Virus record (IMG/VR): IMGVR_UViG_3300001335_000125
Coordinates: 1 to 64,000 of that record
Origin: a virus
Taxonomy: Duplodnaviria > Caudoviricetes
Reading direction: 5' to 3' (one strand)
DNA length: 64,000 nt
Below are positions 56,063-64,000 of the stretch, one piece after another. A program made the translations under genes and the position numbers. Positions within the stretch are counted from its first letter, which is position 1. Every line of letters starts with the position of its first letter. The notes beneath the pieces were generated by a model, which was not told the origin of the DNA, searched no databases, and worked only from the letters and a program-made list of their open reading frames with translations.

Positions 56063-56476
56063 TTAATCATCGGAAATATGCCGATAATTCCAAACCTGTG
56101 TTTTATTATAACACTCTAAATCAGTTAGATAGTTATCATTATCACTTATCTTTCGATACCATCCATTATATATAAGTGCTTTATCAATTATATCTCCTAT
56201 TTTTTGGGATGATAACATTGTCCATCTATGAAATATATCTATCTGTATACTTGTTTCTTCCTGTCTTATACGTGAACCCGCTACAGATGTTCCATATCCA
56301 AGAAATCCCCACGAATTGCCTCCACCTTGATGAATTGTTATAGATGGTGTATAGAGGGTGTCTGTTTCGTATCCAACACGAATATATGATGCAGGTACAT
56401 AAGATAGTAAGTCACTGTCATTTGTTAAAAGATGACGAGTTGAGGAATATGCTACATAACTCATATTTTTGACCAT
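56063..56476 (-). CDS. tail terminator-like protein
   Basis: P.ITI...IQIDIF pattern; synteny. Confidence 0.7.
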   Translation of the reverse strand: MVKNMSYVAYSSTRHLLTNDSDLLSYVPASYIRVGYETDTLYTPSITIHQGGGNSWGFLGYGTSVAGSRIRQEETSIQIDIFHRWTMLSSQKIGDIIDKALIYNGWYRKISDNDNYLTDLECYNKTQVWNYRHISDD

Positions 56477-56961
56477 CCTTTAAGATAAGCATCTTTATAT
56501 AGTTCTCTTAGAGTCTTTTTTATATAATTATTCTGTATAGACTCCGATACAAAATGTTTTGGATGTTGACCACGAACACTCATTGCTGTCATATCAAATC
56601 CTGCATATTTAAATTTTAAGACCGATGCATATTTAGGTTCTATTGGTGTTGCTTCTAGAGTACCATATTCAACTGCTTGTGCATGAGGAGAAAAGTTATA
56701 AAGGGTCTTCACTAGTATATTACTATCTCCTACTACCGGATTATCTTTGTCCCAATTGTTAAAGATACTATCATTAGGTCTATCTTCACTAACTCCATAT
56801 AGCTTTGCCTTTAATACTACATCGGCCAATTTAATAAACTCTTCTGCTGACTTATCTAATGCAATTGAAACATGTGGAGTCATAGTAGAATTTATTCTTC
56901 GTATCTTTTTCATTACTTTATTAAGAGAAGATTTATCTAAAGAGTACTCTAAAGAAATCAT
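56461..56961 (-). CDS. HK97 gp10-like tail completion protein
   Basis: PHAQAVEYGT...V.GQ.PKHF; synteny. Confidence 0.75.
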   Translation of the reverse strand: MISLEYSLDKSSLNKVMKKIRRINSTMTPHVSIALDKSAEEFIKLADVVLKAKLYGVSEDRPNDSIFNNWDKDNPVVGDSNILVKTLYNFSPHAQAVEYGTLEATPIEPKYASVLKFKYAGFDMTAMSVRGQHPKHFVSESIQNNYIKKTLRELYKDAYLKGWSKI

Positions 56962-56962
56962 T

Positions 56963-57280
56963 CTATAACTCCTTTACTAAACACTCTATATGATGTCCTG
57001 ATGAATCATAATATCTTTGTCTTACTAGGTAGTATGTTGAACCATATTTAATCCTACTTCCTAGAGTTATTGCTGCTCCAGACTTAACAAAAACACGATA
57101 TAATATATCTTGATAGTCTCCACCAAGTTCTCTCTTTTCCTCAAGGGTTATTGGATCAAATCTACAAGGAGTTTCTGTAGATGAATATGACCACGTTTCT
57201 TTAGTTTCTCCAAACTCATTTGTTATTTCAGTTGCAGTACCTATATAGCAGGTGTGAATTAATAAACTATCATAACTCAT
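56963..57280 (-). CDS. head closure (SPP1 gp16-like) protein
   Basis: NEFGE...W...PCRF...I..G.RI.Y...Y.V...H.E; synteny. Confidence 0.75.
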   Translation of the reverse strand: MSYDSLLIHTCYIGTATEITNEFGETKETWSYSSTETPCRFDPITLEEKRELGGDYQDILYRVFVKSGAAITLGSRIKYGSTYYLVRQRYYDSSGHHIECLVKEL

Positions 57281-57286
57281 AATTTA

Positions 57287-57526
57287 TCACATACCATGTA
57301 TTTGTTTGTGACATGATTCACATAAAGTTATAAGATTGTTAGTATTGTGAGAGCCACCGCGACCAACTGGAATTATATGATGACAATGTGGATGAGTTAA
57401 ATGAGTTCTGCCACACATTTGGCATGTATAGTTATCTCTCTTAAACACATACCAACGAATTCTATTCCAATTCTTTGGGTATCTCTCATCTTCAAATCCG
57501 TCTGGTCTTCTTGGTCTTCTATACAT
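57287..57526 (-). CDS. small HNH endonuclease
   Basis: KRDNYTCQMCG, HCHHI, NLITLCESCH. Confidence 0.9.
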   Translation of the reverse strand: MYRRPRRPDGFEDERYPKNWNRIRWYVFKRDNYTCQMCGRTHLTHPHCHHIIPVGRGGSHNTNNLITLCESCHKQIHGM

Positions 57527-57528
57527 AA

Positions 57529-57951
57529 CTAGTCATTCGCTTTTCGGACAATATATTCCGAAGGTGATTGCATTTTCTCTAACATTTCAATAGCCATCCG
57601 ATGCCATGTCTTAGTTATGATAAAGGGAGAAGATTGAATATCAAGTCCTCTTGAGATTGGTTCTGCTAACGTATAGCTATATGAACCTAATTTTTCTGAA
57701 CTAAGAGTATAATATTTTCTGGCTAGTGTTGGAGTACATATAAGATTGGAAATAACAAGAAGGAGAACCGGTATCTTAGCAGTTGCTGGAACAGATCCTC
57801 CATCAAAGTACCTATACTTAAGATACGTTTCAACAGACTCTATTTTTAACAGGATCTCTTGTTTGGTAACGTCGTCATATTCTAATGGTGGTGTAACAAA
57901 TGTACGAATATCATTTTCTGTTAAACCAGTTAATGGTGTATAGTCAGCCAT
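57529..57951 (-). CDS. head-tail connector (adaptor) protein
   Basis: SEKLGSYSYT motif; synteny. Confidence 0.75.
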   Translation of the reverse strand: MADYTPLTGLTENDIRTFVTPPLEYDDVTKQEILLKIESVETYLKYRYFDGGSVPATAKIPVLLLVISNLICTPTLARKYYTLSSEKLGSYSYTLAEPISRGLDIQSSPFIITKTWHRMAIEMLEKMQSPSEYIVRKAND

Positions 57952-57952
57952 A

Positions 57953-58207
57953 TTAGTCTCCTATTCGATTATCATAATCCCTAACATCTAACCTCTTCTT
58001 TGGACGAACAGTAGTATTAATAGGATATGGATATTGTTTTATCTCAAAGTTATCGTTGTCGGTGTCTCCGCCACCAATATCTATTGAGTCACAATCATAT
58101 CTACTAATATCATCCGATGTATATTTTGTTCTATCTTCTCTTATCTTATTTCTCTTATCTTGAAATGTCTTTGTCATCCACTCTTCATCGCCGAGTCCTG
58201 TTAACAT
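57953..58207 (-). CDS. hypothetical protein
   Basis: 84-aa ORF in operon. Confidence 0.6.
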   Translation of the reverse strand: MLTGLGDEEWMTKTFQDKRNKIREDRTKYTSDDISRYDCDSIDIGGGDTDNDNFEIKQYPYPINTTVRPKKRLDVRDYDNRIGD

Positions 58208-58215
58208 AAATCTAC

Positions 58216-58461
58216 CTACAACACTTCTCTAAATAAAGGTATATAATAGGATGTTCCACCATTATCATTTACTTTCCACCATGCTATTGCACTTGGTGCT
58301 GGTAAGAATTTTTGTTCACATGATAATGCTCCACCAGAAACTCCTGTCCAAGATGCTACGTCAAAGTTTGTAGCATCATCATCAATGTATAATCCTCTTC
58401 CACCAGATTCAAACCTCAATTTCTCAACTGAGACAACTGGTATTCTTGTTCCTTGTGCCAT
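58216..58461 (-). CDS. hypothetical protein following the major capsid gene
   Basis: AGGAG upstream; 81 aa. Confidence 0.65.
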   Translation of the reverse strand: MAQGTRIPVVSVEKLRFESGGRGLYIDDDATNFDVASWTGVSGGALSCEQKFLPAPSAIAWWKVNDNGGTSYYIPLFREVL

Positions 58462-58512
58462 ATTCTAATTCTCCTTTTACGGAACACATTAATAAAAAAA
58501 ATAAAAATGGCC

Positions 58513-59487
58513 TTACTTGGCCAAAATAAGGTTGTTTGCGTTTGCTTGAATTGTTCCAGTACCATATCTCATTGTACAGGAAATACCTTTCAAGTCATGA
58601 ATTGGATCATCATATTGTTCAACAGTCAAATCCCGTCTCATTGCAAGATAGGTAGATGCCTTTGAATCAATAACCAGTCCATAATAGTGATTTGCACTAT
58701 CAGTTGCATCCCAATATTTTGAAGTTGAACCAGTTGTTACCGTACAGGTATATGGTGTCATATTCATAATCTTAGGTATTTGTCCAGTTGTAAGAGGACC
58801 GGTGGTTCCAGCAAAGGCTGCATATGCAAGATTTGAATCTTGTAAGAGATATCCTTCTGCAGTTGGATGGAAAATCATCTTATCAGGCATATAGTTTGCA
58901 GCAGCAACTGCCGCTCTTGAACGTGCCAAATCAGATATTGAAATGTGTGCATCTGCAGGTTCGACTTCCGTAGTTCCTGCATCTGTCAGAATCTCAAGAA
59001 GAACATCACGGTTAAGTTTGTTCTCCATTCTCATACCAGCTTTTTGAAGTTCAAGGTTCACGATATCAAAGAGACTGTCTTCGATTAACTCATTGGTGAT
59101 GAGTGGTCGAGTACCAGTTTTCTTGATAACGATATCCTCCTTACTATATACTTGGGTATCAATTGGAACATTTGAACCTTCTGCAAGATCTTCTGCATAG
59201 GTTCCAGTTTCTCCCTTTACAACCCTTACTGAATAGGAATCTGTTCGAATGATTGGAACAATTTCCCTAAGACATTTCCAAGGTTCAGCACCTTCTGAAA
59301 TAGTGTTGTAGACTTCTTCTTGTAGAAGATTTGCTTGTTGTCTTGAATCTGATTGAAGTAATTCCTTCACATCTTTACCAAGGATTTTTTCTGTGGAATC
59401 CTTTCCAAGAAGTTCGCTTCTCTCAACATTTCCAGCATATGCTATTTCTAAAAGTTTTGTTAATTTATTACTCATGTTTATATCCAT
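58513..59487 (-). CDS. HK97-fold major capsid protein
   Basis: AEGSNVP (E-loop), KTG...ITNELIEDS..DI...L (spine helix), DLTVEQ...MRYG. Confidence 0.9.
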   Translation of the reverse strand: MDINMSNKLTKLLEIAYAGNVERSELLGKDSTEKILGKDVKELLQSDSRQQANLLQEEVYNTISEGAEPWKCLREIVPIIRTDSYSVRVVKGETGTYAEDLAEGSNVPIDTQVYSKEDIVIKKTGTRPLITNELIEDSLFDIVNLELQKAGMRMENKLNRDVLLEILTDAGTTEVEPADAHISISDLARSRAAVAAANYMPDKMIFHPTAEGYLLQDSNLAYAAFAGTTGPLTTGQIPKIMNMTPYTCTVTTGSTSKYWDATDSANHYYGLVIDSKASTYLAMRRDLTVEQYDDPIHDLKGISCTMRYGTGTIQANANNLILAK

Positions 59488-59512
59488 ACTTTTTTAACAG
59501 TTTACATACTAT

Positions 59513-59911
59513 TTAAAGATTGTATCCATGTCCGAGAATTAATATTTCGCCATCTCCATAGTTAGAGGTGGCTGAGTTTGTTATGATTGCACCACTATTG
59601 TAAGTGGCAGAGTCAGACACATAACCTCCAGCGATAACACCAACTTTGGTGCCTGCTGTTAATATTGATGAACTAGATAATTTACATTTTACAATGTTAC
59701 CTACACTATAGATAATAATGTCTTGACCATTGACTTTATTATACCCAGCAATGCCAAACATAATTTTATCGTTTGTGGTTGGTACTTTTACAGTATATTC
59801 ATCAACAAGGTATACTGCTTGTCCTTTATAGATACTACCAGATGCAGTATAGGTAAAACCTCCTGCGGGAGGTTGTATTATTACATCTTTACTAACTTCT
59901 ACAAAGGTCAT
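59513..59911 (-). CDS. capsid decoration/cement protein (DUF2190-like), paralog 4
   Basis: ASGSIYKGQAV...GIA...G..V. Confidence 0.72.
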   Translation of the reverse strand: MTFVEVSKDVIIQPPAGGFTYTASGSIYKGQAVYLVDEYTVKVPTTNDKIMFGIAGYNKVNGQDIIIYSVGNIVKCKLSSSSILTAGTKVGVIAGGYVSDSATYNSGAIITNSATSNYGDGEILILGHGYNL

Positions 59912-60297
59912 ATCAGTAAAACCTTACCTATTTTATTTGTTGTTGCAGTTTCAAAGGTATCTATAGATATTGCCATAGGACGTTCAGATGAGCATCTACT
60001 TGCTGACACAAATCCATTACTACTTGCATAGAGAAGTTCTCCAGGAGTTATTGACTCTGGGGATGTTGCGATTGCAAGGTTTCCTATTAAATAGATTGTG
60101 CATTCGTCTCCATGGAGAGTGTAGTGGTCATTTATTCCAATACCATCACTACCAACAATAGTTGATGCAACAGTGTTGTCTGCTATTATTCTAACAGATT
60201 GACCACGATTCAGATTGCCACTAGCAGTAAAAAGGAAACCGAAGGTTCCTTCTTGATAGATTGTATCGTTTGTTAAATCTGAATTATCCCATGACAT
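59908..60297 (-). CDS. capsid decoration/cement protein, paralog 3
   Basis: ASGNLNRGQSV...GI...I.PG..LY. Confidence 0.72.
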   Translation of the reverse strand: MSWDNSDLTNDTIYQEGTFGFLFTASGNLNRGQSVRIIADNTVASTIVGSDGIGINDHYTLHGDECTIYLIGNLAIATSPESITPGELLYASSNGFVSASRCSSERPMAISIDTFETATTNKIGKVLLI

Positions 60298-60308
60298 AGA
60301 CTATAACC

Positions 60309-60725
60309 TTATTTTAGCAGAACTTTAATAAATCCGTCTGCACCGCCACTGTCACTTAATGCTATTGCAGCACCGCTCATTGCAATTTCTTCAGCAGCAC
60401 CATCAGTACAATCGTCCCAATCACCATCTGCAGCAACATATAACCAATCTCCAACAGAAACGGAGTCGTTTGATCTTGTCCAACATACTGCACCACAAGT
60501 GTAGACAGATATTGGGTTTCCAATTGTAGCTCCAATTGCTGCAATTCCTAAAGCTCTCTTATCCGCCCCAGTATTTCCGGGCATTACATAAGTTTGAGCA
60601 GATGCTCCAATTGTAGCTAGAGTAACTCCTTGACCTGCATAGATCGTTCCTGATGCCACACAATTAATTTTGTTCTCTTTACCTTGAATACAGATATCTC
60701 TATCCGTTATAGCTGTCCATGCCAT
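60309..60725 (-). CDS. capsid decoration/cement protein, paralog 2
   Basis: ASGTIYAGQGV...LGIA...VGDWLY. Confidence 0.72.
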   Translation of the reverse strand: MAWTAITDRDICIQGKENKINCVASGTIYAGQGVTLATIGASAQTYVMPGNTGADKRALGIAAIGATIGNPISVYTCGAVCWTRSNDSVSVGDWLYVAADGDWDDCTDGAAEEIAMSGAAIALSDSGGADGFIKVLLK

Positions 60726-60749
60726 AATAATTCTTCCTAATTTTATACA

Positions 60750-61154
60750 TTAATATAACATTACAGAGCATACATAATTTACTCCACTTGAACCTAATGT
60801 TGATTGTTCTAGAGTTATTCCGACAACCTTTTTAGAGTTACCTTTTGTAGATGTTAGAAGACCATCGTCTGTTGCATAAAGCAATGTGGATGGATTATAA
60901 GATGAATCTACACAACATCTTACAATGTTTCCTTTGGTAAATACCCCAATTCTTCTTTCGCTTGTTGAATTTATAGATGCTATACCAATGGCATCACATT
61001 CATTAGCTGATGAGGTAGTTACTTTAACAGTCTTGGTATCACTAACATAAACTGCTTGCCCAGCGTATATCGTTTCTCCTGCAATAAAATTAAATGCGTG
61101 ATATCCATCCATATAGATGATATCATCCGTTACATCTGTAGTATACCAAGTCAT
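60750..61154 (-). CDS. capsid decoration/cement protein, paralog 1
   Basis: AGETIYAGQAV...IGIA...LLY. Confidence 0.72.
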   Translation of the reverse strand: MTWYTTDVTDDIIYMDGYHAFNFIAGETIYAGQAVYVSDTKTVKVTTSSANECDAIGIASINSTSERRIGVFTKGNIVRCCVDSSYNPSTLLYATDDGLLTSTKGNSKKVVGITLEQSTLGSSGVNYVCSVMLY

Positions 61155-61161
61155 AAATTAT

Positions 61162-63627
61162 CTACTCGTCTTTGTAGATTGTTCCAGGACGTATTGGATC
61201 TCTCTTGAGTTTTGACTTAAATGACTTGTCTTTTATTTGATCTTTTACTTCTGGTACTTTATCAACTTTTGCTTTTGGCTTTTCTGCCTTTTCTAAGACT
61301 TCTATTCTCTTAGATAAAGCACTTATTTCATCATCTTTTGATTTTAGGGCTATTTCTAACTCGTCATTCTCTTTAGATGATTCAAATCCTTTAATAAGTT
61401 GCTCTATGGTAGATTTAAGCTCTTCAAAGTCTTTCTTTGTGGCATATGAATCTTCTTGTTCGGATTTCTCTTCTATAGTCTCTTCTGCCTTTTCTTCAAT
61501 TGGTTCTTCGACTTCTAGAGACTCTTCTGACTTTTCTTCCATTAGCTCATCTTCTTCCTCTTCTTCTTCTTCCTCTTCCTCCTCTTCGTCCATTGGAGGT
61601 TCTGCTTTGAGGGTATCTAATGTGCCTTTGATGGCTTCGATTTCTTGAACAAGACTATTTATAATAGTTTTCATATCCATCTCTGAGTCCTCTGCTTTTT
61701 CTTCAGTAGGTGTCTCATCTTCTGGTTCTTCGGATTTTTCTTCAGTGCAATCTTTACACTCTTCCTTAGTAACCTCCGATTTTTCTTCTACTGATTGTGG
61801 CTCTTCTTGTTCTTCGGACTTCTTAACACTTTTTCTTGCCATACTTTGTTCCCTTTCTTTATCACATATATCACATGATTTTGATATGACTATAAACCCA
61901 GATTTCTCGTTTATTGGTTTGTCGCAATTATGAACAGAAATTAATGTTCCATTATATGAATTATCATCTTTAACTTCCAAATTCATAACTGTTCCATCAT
62001 ATCTAAATCTTTCTACAGACTTTATTGGTATATATACATAATCATTATCCCATTTTTCTAGGTGGTTCTCCTTTTTTGGATGTATTAATTCTTCACCCAA
62101 TAGATTTCTTAGTGATGATTTCTCTAATCCAAGTGCCCATCCTTCTTGAACATGACATTTTCTTCCATCAATTGTGTGTATTCCTTCTTCTCTAGTTTTA
62201 TACAATCCAACGAGAATACCAAACCTTAATAGAATTTCTTGGATAGACTTTAATAAATCCTTTGATACCGATGTGAACTTGTCACCACGGAAATAACCAA
62301 TTAATAATTCTTTCTGAAATTCTAGTGGAAGACTATGAACCCATCTAGGAAAATATTTTTGTCCATACGTATATGGTTGTTTTTTGAACTGTTTAAGAAA
62401 ATGATATGTTGCTTTGTCTCCAAAATCTATGTCAAATGTGTTTGTTTTTGTTTCTTTTTTATATGGTTTTCTTTTAATATTATTATGTATTATTCCTAGA
62501 ATATCATCAATATTTCTTTGTTCATGTTTTCCTGGATGTAGAATTATATGTCTGTTGTGTTCATTTTTACTTAAATTACCTTCTGCAATCCAATATCCAA
62601 CAAACCTCCAAAAGTTTTTATCTAGTAATTGTTCCTTTTTTAATCCACCATTTTTATAGTTTCGAATTGATATCCATTCTTCATTCCATAAACTAAGAAT
62701 TTCGTCATCATTCATTACCTTTTTATTAATTGGATATGCTAATAAATGTTCTGTTGGATTAATCTCTCCTGCTGGAATCCATTCACGAGAAAACTCTAAT
62801 GGTTTGTATTCACACTCCCTCTTACAATTTGGCGTACAGGGTGTATTTTTCCATGATGGATATTTTTTACACATATTATATTTAGAAACTAAAACTCTAT
62901 GATTTGGAGTTAATCTAAAATTATCAACAGTAAACCGTGGAGAAATGGATATCATATCTCCATGATACTCTCTGTTATATATTTTAGTTATTGGTTTATA
63001 ATTTCCCTCGTGCGTTTTAACTAAATCTCCTATTTTAAGACTTGATATTGGTTTACTGGATGAGTCACAAGTTATTAGTTGGTCTGGCGGAACGCATATC
63101 GAAATCTCAAATACATTCATTTTATCTATTACAGTAACACATTTTTCAGCATTGCATTCTTCGTGATCTAATAAAACTTCTGCAGCGATTGAGAAACCTG
63201 TTATTTCTTTAGATAATATACGATCCCACATATCATTAGCGATTTCTAAGTCATTTCTAATAGATGCTACTATGTATAATCCTTTGTCATCTACATGGGT
63301 TTTTAAGTCTCCCCATGACTCCAATACTTTACCAATTTGAATATTATTATGAGTAATCATAAGATTTGCATAATCTGCATTTTTAAGGAGAGTTTGAATT
63401 CCATTCTCTAATGTAGATTTAGGAATGAGTTGATTCTCCCTATCAACTTCTATAACGGATGCATACCCTGCTATGATTCTATCCGATGATTTATCGGCTT
63501 TTTCAATAATTCCTAGATTTCCATTAATAGATACAGGAACATGTGTATAGTTATCTTTCTTTTCAGAGTTATAAGAAATTTCTACATTAACTCCGGTTTC
63601 TGGGTCAGTAAATTTAACTCGTTTCAT
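61162..63627 (-). CDS. HK97-type prohead protease with intein, fused to an acidic coiled-coil scaffold domain
   Basis: IAGYAS...D, ITHNN, DDKGL, GFSI, EISI/CDKPIN after splicing; C-terminal Glu-rich and coiled-coil tail. Confidence 0.9.
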   Translation of the reverse strand: MKRVKFTDPETGVNVEISYNSEKKDNYTHVPVSINGNLGIIEKADKSSDRIIAGYASVIEVDRENQLIPKSTLENGIQTLLKNADYANLMITHNNIQIGKVLESWGDLKTHVDDKGLYIVASIRNDLEIANDMWDRILSKEITGFSIAAEVLLDHEECNAEKCVTVIDKMNVFEISICVPPDQLITCDSSSKPISSLKIGDLVKTHEGNYKPITKIYNREYHGDMISISPRFTVDNFRLTPNHRVLVSKYNMCKKYPSWKNTPCTPNCKRECEYKPLEFSREWIPAGEINPTEHLLAYPINKKVMNDDEILSLWNEEWISIRNYKNGGLKKEQLLDKNFWRFVGYWIAEGNLSKNEHNRHIILHPGKHEQRNIDDILGIIHNNIKRKPYKKETKTNTFDIDFGDKATYHFLKQFKKQPYTYGQKYFPRWVHSLPLEFQKELLIGYFRGDKFTSVSKDLLKSIQEILLRFGILVGLYKTREEGIHTIDGRKCHVQEGWALGLEKSSLRNLLGEELIHPKKENHLEKWDNDYVYIPIKSVERFRYDGTVMNLEVKDDNSYNGTLISVHNCDKPINEKSGFIVISKSCDICDKEREQSMARKSVKKSEEQEEPQSVEEKSEVTKEECKDCTEEKSEEPEDETPTEEKAEDSEMDMKTIINSLVQEIEAIKGTLDTLKAEPPMDEEEEEEEEEEEEDELMEEKSEESLEVEEPIEEKAEETIEEKSEQEDSYATKKDFEELKSTIEQLIKGFESSKENDELEIALKSKDDEISALSKRIEVLEKAEKPKAKVDKVPEVKDQIKDKSFKSKLKRDPIRPGTIYKDE
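61927..63096 (-). mobile_element. intein in the prohead protease (390 aa, LAGLIDADG-type)
   Basis: starts CVPPDQLIT, LTPNHRV block B, IAEGN and FRGD motifs, VMNLEV block F, ends SVHN followed by Cys. Confidence 0.92.
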
Positions 63628-63631
63628 ATTA

Positions 63632-63904
63632 TCACAATATTGATGCTGTTATCCAACCTATAACAACAATTAGCATAGAAGTACCACCAGCAATTTCTGC
63701 AGTCTTAATATCACGTTTTCTGTTGTCAGAACGTATTTGAGAAATCTCTTTCTGCAGAGTTTCTTTTGTTGACTTTATTTCGACTTTCATTTCTTTAAGT
63801 TCACAAGTTATATCCTTAAGTGCTTGTACTGTCTGACCTCTCCACTCTGCATACTCCATCCATCTGCTAAAATCGTTATCCATTTCTCTCTCCACTTTAA
63901 ACAT
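63632..63904 (-). CDS. coiled-coil protein with C-terminal membrane anchor
   Basis: heptad pattern, then GGTSMLIVVIGWITASIL. Confidence 0.65.
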   Translation of the reverse strand: MFKVEREMDNDFSRWMEYAEWRGQTVQALKDITCELKEMKVEIKSTKETLQKEISQIRSDNRKRDIKTAEIAGGTSMLIVVIGWITASIL

Positions 63905-64000
63905 TATTGGGGTACAAATATCTCTATGGCACCAGAAGTACCATTATATATGAGTGGTACACATATAATAAGATATTTTGTCCCCTTTTTGGATTCATAG

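Noticed and set aside
53656-56961. Contractile tail sheath (myovirus)
   Set aside because: No sheath-sized gene before the tube genes and no baseplate wedge cluster; the layout fits a non-contractile tail
61406-61648. Poly-Ser antisense ORF
   Set aside because: Mirror of the Glu-rich scaffold codons on the opposite strand
1-64000. tRNA, rRNA genes and CRISPR arrays
   Set aside because: No T-arm GTTCRA cloverleaf, rRNA-like region or regularly spaced repeat-spacer pattern found by eye; a tRNAscan/CRISPR scan would be needed to exclude them fully
63900-64000. Possible C-terminal fragment of an upstream minus-strand gene (...GAIEIFVPQ*) with TAATG overlap
   Set aside because: Truncated by the window edge and too short to assign

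Overview
This window is a visibly AT-rich, densely coding segment of a tailed dsDNA virus genome (Caudoviricetes). It looks siphovirus-like: HK97-fold capsid, tail tubes and a 2.3k-aa tape measure are present, and no sheath gene is visible. Two gene blocks converge at about 26.7 kb. The + strand block (1-26660) holds many Zn-finger microproteins, dUTPase, dCMP deaminase, a Mom-like GNAT, a methyltransferase-fold protein, a COOH-NH2 ligase, a sulfotransferase, two GGCT-like proteins, anaerobic ribonucleotide reductase (NrdD with two inteins, plus NrdG and a glutaredoxin), Hsp20 and a ~9.3 kb glycan-synthesis island. The - strand block (26846-63904) is the morphogenesis module, running from an intein-containing prohead protease to tail-tip genes, interspersed with free-standing endonucleases. 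An anaerobic archaeal host is inferred (not proven) from GGAGGTGA/GGTGA ribosome sites, TTTAAA boxes ~25 nt before some starts, an archaeal-type RHH protein, a C2H2 finger and class III RNR. The most notable signals are: (i) a tail-chaperone frameshift in the +1 direction at UCC_UUU_CGU_UGA, the influenza PA-X motif; (ii) a GC-rich ~43-nt element repeated four times at gene boundaries, one copy next to a G-quadruplex tract; (iii) an intein in the prohead protease; (iv) a candidate modification operon (Mom-like/MTase/amidoligase/sulfotransferase/GGCT); (v) an ALS-NeuB chimera; (vi) paralog expansions in the virion (4 decoration proteins, 2 tail tubes, 3 proteins sharing a C-terminal module); (vii) an omegaRNA/HEARO-like hairpin scar. 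All family calls come from motif recognition by eye; no database search was run. Portal, terminase and DNA polymerase genes are not visible in this window.
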